From Gaiellaceae bacterium (GTDB lineage Bacteria > Actinomycetota > Thermoleophilia > Gaiellales > Gaiellaceae), in the NCBI GenBank assembly GCA_035764085.1, contig DASTZY010000082.1, positions 11,218 through 75,217 on the forward strand: a stretch of 64,000 nt of DNA, in the 5' to 3' direction. A model generated the notes under the pieces. It saw only the letters and a list, made by a program, of their open reading frames with translations, was not told the origin of the DNA and did no database searches. Below, piece after piece: positions 25,490 to 35,866 of the stretch. Both the position numbers and the translations under genes were made by a program. Every line of letters begins with the position of its first letter. Within the stretch, counting starts at the first letter, position 1.

Positions 25490-26685
25490 GCGGCGAGAAT
25501 CCCCTCCTCCGAGACGGCAGCGCCGCGGACCGCGACGAGCGCGCCGACGGGTGCCGGCTCCGGGACGAGCCACGGCGAGTAGTCGTCGCCGTAGCCACGG
25601 CCCGGCCGGTCGACGAGCACGACGTCCTCGTGTCCGACCTTCGAGCGCCAGTGCTCGAGGCACGCGTCGTGGGACGCTGCGCGCAGCCGGGCGCTCCGCT
25701 CCTTCTTCACCTGCGGCGGCACGGGATCGTCGGCGGCCGTGCTGGTGCCGGGACGCGGCGAGTACGGGAAGACGTGCACTTTCGTCAGGCCCGCGTCGGC
25801 GACGACGCGAAGCGTGCTCTCGAACGCGCGCTCGCCCTCGGTGGGGAAGCCGACGATGACGTCGCTCGTGAGGTTGAAGTCCTCGCGCAGCGGCTCGAGC
25901 CGGCGCAGGTAGGTGGCCGTGGAGTACCGGCGTCCCATCGCGCGCAGGACGGCGTCGTCGCCCGACTGCAGCGGAACGTGGAGATGGCGGCTCGCCGTGG
26001 GCGTTTCGCGGAGCGCGGCGACGAGCTCGTCGTCGACGTGGTTGATCTCGATCGAGGAGAGGCGCAGGCGCTCGAGCCCGGGCGTCTCGCCGGCCTCGCG
26101 GACGAGGCGCGGCAGCTTGTAGCCGGCGGCACGGTCGCGGTAGCAGCCGAGGTTGATCCCGGTCAGGACGACCTCGCGGTGGCCCTGCGCGACGCGGCGG
26201 CGGATCTCGCCGAGCACGGCCTCGGCCGAGCGGCTGCGGGACGCGCCGCGGACGAGCGGGATGACGCAGAAACGGCACGAGAACGAGCAGCCGTCCTGCA
26301 CCTTGACGAAGGCGCGGACGCGGTCGAGGCGGGCGTCCGCCTGCACGCAGCCGATGGCACCGACGTCGCCGGCGACGAACCCGGGCGTCTCCTCGCTCCG
26401 GCGCGCGACGACGACCACGTTGCCGGGTAGCCCGGCGAAGGCGTCGCCGGCGAGGTTCGCGCCGCAGCCGGTCACGTAGACGCGCCGGTGCGTGCGCGCC
26501 GCGCGGGCCGCCTCCTTGCGCGACTTCGCCACCGCCTCGTGGGTCACGCAGCACGTGTTGACGGCCGCCACGTCGGCGCCGGCGTCGAGCTCGGCGTGCC
26601 CGTCGGCCAGCAGCCGCTCGCGCACCGCGTGCGCGTCGACCCGGGAGACCTTGCAGCCGAGGAAGCGGACGGAGAACGTGGTCAC
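25486..26685 (-). CDS. mtaB: Radical-SAM methylthiotransferase, MtaB-like
   Basis: Tail of track ORF 25486..27537. GTG 26685 lies in a GTGA overlap. N-terminal Cys triad (GCKV, NTCCVT, TGCGA) and radical-SAM CSFSCRFC. Sits in the yqeV position after prmA. Confidence 0.8.
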   Translation of the reverse strand: MTTFSVRFLGCKVSRVDAHAVRERLLADGHAELDAGADVAAVNTCCVTHEAVAKSRKEAARAARTHRRVYVTGCGANLAGDAFAGLPGNVVVVARRSEETPGFVAGDVGAIGCVQADARLDRVRAFVKVQDGCSFSCRFCVIPLVRGASRSRSAEAVLGEIRRRVAQGHREVVLTGINLGCYRDRAAGYKLPRLVREAGETPGLERLRLSSIEINHVDDELVAALRETPTASRHLHVPLQSGDDAVLRAMGRRYSTATYLRRLEPLREDFNLTSDVIVGFPTEGERAFESTLRVVADAGLTKVHVFPYSPRPGTSTAADDPVPPQVKKERSARLRAASHDACLEHWRSKVGHEDVVLVDRPGRGYGDDYSPWLVPEPAPVGALVAVRGAAVSEEGILAA

Positions 26686-27386
26686 GGCCGGAATTCGAGC
26701 AGGTCCGCGGCCCAGCCGTCGCGCACGCGCCGCTCGATGCGGCGCCACCCGGCGACGCGCGGCTCGTCGCGCTCCAGATAGCCGGACACGATCGCCCGCT
26801 CGACGGGTAGCCCCGGGAGGAGCCGCTCCACGACGTCGAGCGCGATGTTCATGACGCCGAGCCGCGAGGGCACCGCGTCGGTCACGACGTCGACGGCGAC
26901 TCCGTTGGCGGCGGCGTTGGCCGCGGTCACCTCGAGCGCGACCTCGTCCACGTCGAGCGCGCTCACCGGCGAGAAGCCGAGCTTCGCCGCGGCGACGGAG
27001 AGGACGCCCGAGCCGCAGCCGACGTCGAGCAGGCTCGTGGGCTCCACCTCCTGCATGAGCTCGAGGCAGAGCCGCGTCGTGGCGTGCGCGCCGGTGCCGA
27101 AGGCGCGGCCGGGGTCGATCACGACGGCGATCGCGTCCGGCGGAGGCTCCTCCCAGGGAGGCCCGACCCAGCAGCGGCCGACCCGGACTCCGTGGTGGAA
27201 GGAGCGCCAGGCGTCCTCCCAGCCCTCGGCCACGTCGTCCACCTCGACCACGTCGAAGCCGAGCGGCGCCTCGTCCGCGTACACGGCGTAGGCACCGTCG
27301 AGCTCCTCGACTCCCTCGGGGAAGATGTGGAGCAGAAGGGCGAGCTCCGGCTCGCCGCCGACGACGACGTAGCGCCTCAGGGTCAG
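26682..27386 (-). CDS. prmA: Ribosomal protein L11 methyltransferase PrmA; start uncertain (apparent CTG 27386)
   Basis: Tail of track ORF 26682..28700. Motifs IDPGRAFGTGAHATT and LLDVGCGSGVLSVAA. The N-terminal domain begins right at the dnaJ stop (CTGA). Confidence 0.8.
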   Translation of the reverse strand: MTLRRYVVVGGEPELALLLHIFPEGVEELDGAYAVYADEAPLGFDVVEVDDVAEGWEDAWRSFHHGVRVGRCWVGPPWEEPPPDAIAVVIDPGRAFGTGAHATTRLCLELMQEVEPTSLLDVGCGSGVLSVAAAKLGFSPVSALDVDEVALEVTAANAAANGVAVDVVTDAVPSRLGVMNIALDVVERLLPGLPVERAIVSGYLERDEPRVAGWRRIERRVRDGWAADLLEFRP

Positions 27387-28504
27387 CGGAACGCGCTCTT
27401 GAGCTTCTCGAACAGGCCCTCGGACCGGCCGTACGTGTGTTCGTCGGCGTGCTGGTCGAACTCGCGCAGCAGGCGCTGCTGCTCGTCGGTGAGCCGGCGC
27501 GGCACGAGCACGTTGACGAGGATCCTCTGGTCGCCACGGCCGTGCCCCTGGAGGACGGGCATGCCGCGGCCGCGCAGGACGACGATCTCGCCGGGTTGCG
27601 TGCCGGGCGAAAGGTCGAGCTGCTCCTCCCCGTCGAGCGTCGGGACGGAAAGGACGGCGCCGAGGGCCGCCTGGGTGAAGGTCAGCTCGACGGTCGAGTA
27701 GATGTCGTCGCCCTCGCGCACGAACCGCTCGTCGGGGCGGATCCGCACCTCGACGTAGGCGTCGCCGGCGCGGCCGCCGACGAGGCCGGCGTGGCCCTCG
27801 CCGGTGAGCCGGATCCGCTGGCCGTGGTGGATCCCCGGCGGGATCTCGACGGGGATCGTCCGTTCCTCGGCCACGCGCCCGGCGCCGCGGCACTCGGCGC
27901 ACGCCTGCTCGACCCGGCGGCCTGAGCCCTGGCAGGCCGGGCAGGTCTGCGTGCGGACGAACTCGCCGAAGACACTCCGTGTGACCTGCTGCAGCCGGCC
28001 GCTGCCGTCGCAGGTGGAGCAGGTCGTGATCGCGCTGCCCGGCTCCGCGCCGTCCCCGCCGCACCGCGCGCAGGCGACGGCGGCCTCGAAGGGCACGTCG
28101 CGGGTGACGCCGTGGGCGGCCTCGACCAGGTCGATCTCGACCGCCGCCGCGAGATCCGCGCCGCGGACGCGTCCGCCGCCGCCGCGGCCTCCGAACAGCA
28201 CGTCGTCCCCGAAGAAGGCCGAGAAGAGGTCGGCCAGGTTGCCGAAGTCCACGTGACCGGCCTGGAAGCCGCCGCTGCGCAGCCCGGCATGGCCGTAGCG
28301 GTCGTAGAGCTCGCGCGTCTCCGTCCGCGACAGCACCTCGTAGGCCTCGACCACCTCGCGGAACCGCTCGTCGGCGTCGGGCGCCTCGGAGACATCGGGG
28401 TGGAGCTCGCGCGCGAGCCGGCGGAAGGCACGCTTGATCTCCGCCTCGCTCGCGTCGCGCCCGACTCCGAGCAGCTCGTAGTAGTCGCGGTCGGTGGTCG
28501 CCAT
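27383..28504 (-). CDS. dnaJ: Molecular chaperone DnaJ
   Basis: J domain DYYELLGV...HPD. Four CxxCxGxG repeats (CARCGGDG, CSTCDGSG, CPACQGSG, CAECRGAG). Confidence 0.95.
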   Translation of the reverse strand: MATTDRDYYELLGVGRDASEAEIKRAFRRLARELHPDVSEAPDADERFREVVEAYEVLSRTETRELYDRYGHAGLRSGGFQAGHVDFGNLADLFSAFFGDDVLFGGRGGGGRVRGADLAAAVEIDLVEAAHGVTRDVPFEAAVACARCGGDGAEPGSAITTCSTCDGSGRLQQVTRSVFGEFVRTQTCPACQGSGRRVEQACAECRGAGRVAEERTIPVEIPPGIHHGQRIRLTGEGHAGLVGGRAGDAYVEVRIRPDERFVREGDDIYSTVELTFTQAALGAVLSVPTLDGEEQLDLSPGTQPGEIVVLRGRGMPVLQGHGRGDQRILVNVLVPRRLTDEQQRLLREFDQHADEHTYGRSEGLFEKLKSAFR

Positions 28505-28555
28505 CGTCGGATGAATGTAGCGGCGGCATCTGCCGCCCAGACCGGCGGCAGAGCG

Positions 28556-29596
28556 TCAGGCCTCGTCGTAGATCGACTCGACGAAGCGGGAGAGCTCGAG
28601 CGCGGCGGAGCGCACGGCTCCGAGCGCCTTCTCGTAGTCCATCCGGACGGGGCCGACGAGGCTGACGGCGCCGAGTGCGCGGTGGACGAGGCCGTAGCAC
28701 GCGCCGACGAGCGCGATCTCGGCGAGGGCCGGGTGTGCGAGCTCATGGCCCAGGCGGACGAAGGGACGCTGCGACGCGCTCGGCCGGCCGAGCACGTCGA
28801 TCAGGTCGGCGCGGCGCTCGACGAGCTCGAACAGACTCCTGTAGGCATCGAGCTCCTCCGTGCGCACCTCGCCGAGGAGGTCCGCGGCGCCGCCGACGTA
28901 GAGCCGCTGCTCGGCCGAGACGAGCTCGGTGAACGCCGGCCTCAGCGCGGTGAGGAACGCGCGCTCTGCGTGGCTGAGCCCTGCGTCGTCGAAGCGGCGG
29001 CGGAGCAACGCCGTGCCGAGCTGCAGGCCGGCGACGGCCTCGTTGAGGTAGTCGTTCGCCCACTGCGCGAGGCCGGCGTCGACGGGGTCGTCGAAGTGGA
29101 AGAGCCGCTTCGAGACGCCGCCCGCGGACGTGATCACCACGACCATCACGAGCTGGGGCTGCAGGAGGAGAACCTCCACGTGCCGGACGTGCGTCGCCTC
29201 GAGCGGCGGCGCCGACACGAGCGCGAGCAGCCGCGTCACCTGGGACAGCATCTCGGTCGTCGCCTGGAGGGCCGACTCGACCTCGGTGCTCGTCGTCGTG
29301 AGGTCGAGCGGGAACGCGGGCGGGTGCGGCTCGAGCCGTCCGAGCAGCTCGTCGGCGTAGTAGCGATAGCCCCGCTCCGTCGGGACGCGACCCGCCGAGG
29401 TGTGCGGATGCGAGAGCAGCCCGAGGTTCTCCAGCTCCGCCAGCTCCGCGCGCACCGTCGACGGCGAGACGCGGAGGTCGGACCGCTCGACGAGCGTCTT
29501 CGAGCCGACCGGCTGCCCCGTGCCCACGAACTCCTCGACGACGCGCCGGAGGACGGCCCTCTGCCGCTCGCTCAGCTCCTGCACCGTTCCCTCCAT
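28556..29596 (-). CDS. hrcA: Heat-inducible transcription repressor HrcA
   Basis: 346 aa. N-terminal winged helix LSERQRAVLRRVVEEFVGTGQPVGSKTL. Conserved position upstream of dnaJ. Confidence 0.9.
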   Translation of the reverse strand: MEGTVQELSERQRAVLRRVVEEFVGTGQPVGSKTLVERSDLRVSPSTVRAELAELENLGLLSHPHTSAGRVPTERGYRYYADELLGRLEPHPPAFPLDLTTTSTEVESALQATTEMLSQVTRLLALVSAPPLEATHVRHVEVLLLQPQLVMVVVITSAGGVSKRLFHFDDPVDAGLAQWANDYLNEAVAGLQLGTALLRRRFDDAGLSHAERAFLTALRPAFTELVSAEQRLYVGGAADLLGEVRTEELDAYRSLFELVERRADLIDVLGRPSASQRPFVRLGHELAHPALAEIALVGACYGLVHRALGAVSLVGPVRMDYEKALGAVRSAALELSRFVESIYDEA

Positions 29597-29619
29597 TTGC
29601 AGGAGATTTTAGCCGCTGG

Positions 29620-30689
29620 TCAGGCGAGGATCTCGGCCGTGACCGCGCCGCCGAGGAAGCGGCCGCGCCGCGTGAGCGCGAGCGTCGGTCCGCTGTCGAC
29701 GGCGAGGCCGAGCCGTTCGGCGCGCGCGAGGCCCTCGGCGTCGAGCACCGAGCGCAGGGCGGCCACAGGGAGCGGCTCGTCGAGACGGAGGCCGAGCATC
29801 ACGCGCTCCCGCGCGCGGGTCTCGTCGTCCAGCAGCTCGATCTCGCGGTCGTAGCGGCCCTGCAGATAGCGCGCGAGCCTCGGCGTGTTGCGGCGGCGCT
29901 CGCCGGCGAGCGTGGAGACCGCACCGACGCCTATCCCGAGGTAGTCGTGCCCGAGCCAGTAGCCGAGGTTGTGCTCGGCTCGCTTCCCGTCCCGGCAGAA
30001 GTTGGCCGTCTCGTACCAGCGGTAGCCCGCCCCGGTGAGCGTCGCGACGACGCGCTCGAAGTAGTCCTCCATCTGCTCCGCCTGCCGGTCGAGCTCGGCG
30101 CCGTGCGCGACCGTGAACCGTGTGCCCGGCTTGGCCTCGAGCTCGTAGGCGCTGATGTGCTCGGGGCCGAGCGCGATCGCGTGCTGGAGGTCTGCGGCGA
30201 GCTGCGCCGGCGTCTGTCCCGGGATGCCGTAGATCAGGTCGAGCGAGAGGTTGTCGAAGCCGGCGCCGCGGAGGTGGCCGAACGCGCGCTCGACGTCCTC
30301 CGGCGTCGCCTGCCGCTCGAGCACGCGGAGGAGGTGCGGCTGGAACGTCTGCGCGCCGAGCGAGACGCGGCCGGCGCCGGCGCGGCGCAGCTCGCGGGCG
30401 AGCTCGGGCGTGACCGTCTCGGGGTTCGCCTCGACCGTGAGCTCGTTCGCCGGCGGCAGCGCGCGCAGCAGGCGGAGCAACTCGGGGAGCGCCGTGTAGG
30501 TCGGCGTGCCGCCGCCGAGGAAGATCGTCTCCACGGGCGAGCCGTCGTGCTCCTCGGCGAGCTCGCGCAGCAGCGCATCGACATACGGCTCGTGCAGGTG
30601 GTCGCGGCCGGTCGCCGTGACGAAGTCGCAGTAGCCGCACCGGTGCGCGCAGAACGGCAGGTGGAGGTAGAGATGCCTCACGCGACGCA

Positions 30690-30690
<1 letters not shown>
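29620..30690 (-). CDS. hemW: Radical-SAM heme chaperone HemW (HemN-like)
   Basis: Tail of track ORF 29620..30837. ATG 30690 shares 1 nt with the lepA stop. Motif HLPFCAHRCGYCDF, plus GGGTP. Confidence 0.9.
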
Positions 30691-32480
<1,790 letters not shown>

Positions 32481-32681
32481 GAGCGGCGATGGTACTGGCG
32501 CTCGCCCGCTCCGAACGTGGCCGGTTCGGCCGGGCCGCAGCCGCTCCCCCACCCCGGGTGGGGTCCGTCGTCCCTCCGCCCTCGCGATCGACGCTACCGG
32601 GCCAACCCTCACGGCGAATGCGCGAGTTCGTCGCAGATCAGTGCCGGGTTCCCGCGGCGACCCGCCACGCGTCGGCGGCGG

Positions 32682-34529
32682 TTACGCCCGAGCGCGGCGT
32701 AGGCGCAGCAACGTGTCCAGCTCGCGCACGTTCAGCAACCGGCACGCCCCGAAGAAGGCCGCGTAGCCGAGCACCAGCCCGGCGCCGAGCGAGACGACCT
32801 GCGCCGGGAGCGAGCGGCCGAGGCCCGAGTCGAGCAGGTACCAGATCCCCCATCCCACCGCGGCGAGCGCTAATGACGCGACGACCACCCGGACGAAGCT
32901 CGAGACCGTCTCGCCGAGCTCGAAGCCGGCCATTTGCCGCCGGAAAAGAACGAGCAGCGCGCCCGTGCCCGCGATGTTCACGAGCGAGGTCGAGAGCGGG
33001 ATGCCCCAGATCCCGAACCGGTAGAAGACCGCGTCGAGGACGGCGTTCAGACCAAGGTTCCCGAAGGCGACCCAGCTCGGGATCCACGGCGACTGGAGCG
33101 AGAAGAAGCCGCGGTTGAGCATCAGCATCGTCCCGTTGAACGTGAGCCCGAGCGCGAATGCGGCGAGGCAGGCGGCGACGATCGGGGTGTCGCGGGCCGT
33201 GAAGTTCTGATGCTGGTAGAGGAGCCGCACGATCGGAGTGGCCAGGACGGCGGCGGTCACGCTCGCCGGCACGAGCAGGAAGGAGATCAGCCGGAGCCCG
33301 GTGCCCACGGTGTTCTGGAAGGCTCGCCAATCCTGCCGAGACGCGTGCCGCGAAAGGAGCGGGAACAGGACGGTGGCCACGGCGACCGAGAAGACGCCCT
33401 GCGGCAGCATGTAGAGCCGAAAGGCTCGCACGATCGCGGCAGGCGCGAGATGCGGGTTCAGGTAATGCGTCGCGAACAGCTGGTCGATCACGGCGTTGAG
33501 GTTGATCAGGCCGAGCCCGATCGTGACGGGCACCATCAGCACGAACGTCCGCTTCACCGCCGGGTCGTGGATGTCGATCACCATCTGCAGCCGACCGTCG
33601 AGCCCGCGCAGCCACGGCAGCGGCAGCAGGAACTGCGCGATCGTGGCCACGAGGATCGCGACCGCGTAGATGTAGAGGCGCTCCGAGTGCGAGCTCGTGG
33701 TCTGCACGCCGAGCCCGAGGCCGAGCAGGATGATCAGATTCCACAGCACCGGGCTCAATGCGGGCACGGTGAAATGGTCGTAGCTGTTGAGGATCCCGAC
33801 CACGATCCCGGTCAGCCCGAGGATCAGCACGAGCGGGAAGAGGATCCGCGCGAGCCCCGCGGCAAGAGCGCCGAACTCGTCGTGGGGCCCGTAGCCGAAG
33901 AGCGCCATCACCAACGGGGCGACGACGACGAACAGCGCCGTGAGGCCGCCGAGCCCGAGCAGCATCAGCCAGAAGAGGGACGACGCCACTCGCCAGGCGC
34001 GCTTCCGCTCGCCCTTCACGAGCAGGTCGCTGAAGACGGGAACGAACGCGGCCGACAGCGCCGAGTCGGCCACGAGCGATCGCACGGTGTTCGGGATGAG
34101 GAACGCGATCTCGAACGCGTTGACCGGGCCGGCGATGCCGAAGATGGCCGCCTGCGCGATCTCTCGCACCAGCCCGATCACCCGTGAGAGCCCGGTGGCG
34201 ATCGCGAAGATGACCCCCGAGCGCGCGAGGCCGCGACCCGTCTCCGTCTCCGCCGCCGGCGGCTGCTCCTCGGCCGGGGCCGCCGGAGGGAGAGCCCCGA
34301 CTTGCGCCGCCTGGCCCTCCTGGTCGAGGGCCTGCGCCTCGAGCTCGACCAGCTCGCCGCGATCGCGGCCGGGACGGACGATCATCGTCGGCCGCTCCGA
34401 CGGATCCTGCGCGACCGGCCAGGAGTCGAGCGTCGCGTCGCTCTCGAAGTACGCCGGCTTCCCTTGCTCGCGGCGGCGGCGGTCGCGCGCCTGTCGCCGC
34501 TCATGCCGCTCCCGCTCGGCGTCCTCCAC
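32682..34529 (-). CDS. murJ: Lipid II flippase MurJ (MviN) with a charged N-terminal extension of about 100 aa; start uncertain
   Basis: 615 aa. The conserved MurJ core starts near SGVIFAIATGLSRVIGLVRE...FGIAGPVNAFEIAFLIPN. Alternative start at ATG 34385. Confidence 0.85.
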   Translation of the reverse strand: MEDAERERHERRQARDRRRREQGKPAYFESDATLDSWPVAQDPSERPTMIVRPGRDRGELVELEAQALDQEGQAAQVGALPPAAPAEEQPPAAETETGRGLARSGVIFAIATGLSRVIGLVREIAQAAIFGIAGPVNAFEIAFLIPNTVRSLVADSALSAAFVPVFSDLLVKGERKRAWRVASSLFWLMLLGLGGLTALFVVVAPLVMALFGYGPHDEFGALAAGLARILFPLVLILGLTGIVVGILNSYDHFTVPALSPVLWNLIILLGLGLGVQTTSSHSERLYIYAVAILVATIAQFLLPLPWLRGLDGRLQMVIDIHDPAVKRTFVLMVPVTIGLGLINLNAVIDQLFATHYLNPHLAPAAIVRAFRLYMLPQGVFSVAVATVLFPLLSRHASRQDWRAFQNTVGTGLRLISFLLVPASVTAAVLATPIVRLLYQHQNFTARDTPIVAACLAAFALGLTFNGTMLMLNRGFFSLQSPWIPSWVAFGNLGLNAVLDAVFYRFGIWGIPLSTSLVNIAGTGALLVLFRRQMAGFELGETVSSFVRVVVASLALAAVGWGIWYLLDSGLGRSLPAQVVSLGAGLVLGYAAFFGACRLLNVRELDTLLRLRRARA

Positions 34530-34595
34530 GAGGGCAGCATAGGGAGCGGGGTTGCTACCATCGCCCGGCCCGCGAGCTGCGGGTCTTTTTCCGAG

Positions 34596-34865
34596 ATGCC
34601 CAATATCAAGCAGCAGGAGAAGCGCGTCCGTCTGGCGGCGCGGCAGCGGCAGGAGAACCTGCGCTGGCGCTCAACCGCGAAGACGCTCATGCGGCGCCTG
34701 AACGAGGCGGTCGCCGACGGCGACGCCAAGGAGACGGAGGCGCGGCATCGCGAGCTCGTCCAGTGGCTCGACCGGGCCGCGGCGAGCGGCGCTCTCCACC
34801 GCAACACCGTCGCCCGTCGCAAGTCCCAGGCGGCAAAGCTCGCCGCCGGCGCATCCGAGAAGTAG
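34596..34865 (+). CDS. rpsT: 30S ribosomal protein S20
   Basis: Tail of track ORF 34302..34865, starting at ATG 34596. MPNIKQQEKRVRLAARQR ... HRNTVARRKS. Confidence 0.95.
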   Translation: MPNIKQQEKRVRLAARQRQENLRWRSTAKTLMRRLNEAVADGDAKETEARHRELVQWLDRAAASGALHRNTVARRKSQAAKLAAGASEK

Positions 34866-34879
34866 CTGCCCCGCCCTGC

Positions 34880-35866
34880 CTAGTCGGGGCGGCGTGTGAT
34901 CTCGACGAGCGTCCGCTCCAGCTGCAGCTCCGGGGGGAGGCGCGAGCCGCCCTTCGCTCCCGCGTCGAGCTCGGCCAGACGAACCGTGGCCTGAGCGAGC
35001 TCCTCCGGGGAGAAGTTCGCGGCCTGCCTGGTCGCCTTCTCGGCGACGAAGGGATGCATCTTCAGCCGGCCGGCGATCTCGCTCGAACGGACGCCCTCGT
35101 CGGCCAGGCGCGAGACCTTTCGCACCCGACCGACGTGGCCCACGAGCGAGGCGACGAGCCGGATCAGCTCCCCCGAACGCGCGCGGTGGGAGCGCTCGAG
35201 CAGCGTTTCGGTCGCGCGTAGCGTCGCCCCCACATCTCGGCGTCCCCAGGCATCGGTGACGGCGAAGATCGGAGTCTCGGCGCGTCCGACGGCGAGCTCC
35301 TCGACGGTCGCGCGCGTGATCTGCTCGCCGTTGGCCCACGTCGCGAGCTTCTGGATCTCCGAGGCGAGGTCGCCGACGTCGTCCCCGACGGCTTCGACGA
35401 GCGCCCGGCAGGCGTCTCGGTCGACCGATGCGCCGAGGCGCCCGAACTGCTCGCCGACCCATTCCGGGAGCTGCTTCTTCGTCACGTCGTACGCGAGGAT
35501 CTGGCCCGTCTTGGCGACGGTCTTCGCGAGCGCGGAGTCCTTCTTGATCGCGTCGCCGACGAGAGCGAGGACGGTCGCAGGCGCGGGAGCTGCCAGGTAC
35601 GTCTCGACCTCCTTGACGTCGGCCGCTTTCCACGCTTCGACTCCGTCGACGACGACGAGACGGGCTTCGCCGCCGAAGAGGCCGAGCGCATTGCAGGCGG
35701 CGATCGCGTCCTCGCCGGACGCGTCGGTGGCATGAAGCTGCTCGGTCGCGTCCTCACCGATCCGCCCCCGCAGGCGCTGGAGCGCCACCGCGATCTTCGG
35801 CCGGTCCGTCCCCGTCAGGAGGTAGACCGGCTTCAGGTCGCGTTCGCTCGCCACGCTGCCAAGCAT
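34880..35866 (-). CDS. holA: DNA polymerase III delta subunit
   Basis: Track ORF 34880..35887, ATG 35866 preferred. KPVYLLTG near the N-terminus. Conserved position between comEC and rpsT. Confidence 0.8.
   Translation of the reverse strand: MLGSVASERDLKPVYLLTGTDRPKIAVALQRLRGRIGEDATEQLHATDASGEDAIAACNALGLFGGEARLVVVDGVEAWKAADVKEVETYLAAPAPATVLALVGDAIKKDSALAKTVAKTGQILAYDVTKKQLPEWVGEQFGRLGASVDRDACRALVEAVGDDVGDLASEIQKLATWANGEQITRATVEELAVGRAETPIFAVTDAWGRRDVGATLRATETLLERSHRARSGELIRLVASLVGHVGRVRKVSRLADEGVRSSEIAGRLKMHPFVAEKATRQAANFSPEELAQATVRLAELDAGAKGGSRLPPELQLERTLVEITRRPD

Noticed and set aside
29597-29660. A CIRCE operator (TTAGCACTC-N9-GAGTGCTAA) upstream of hrcA
   Set aside because: Only a weak half-match (AGCGGCTAA) sits next to the hrcA start, with no partner half-site 9 nt away. 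The hemW-hrcA gap is only 23 nt. I found no full CIRCE anywhere in the window by eye.
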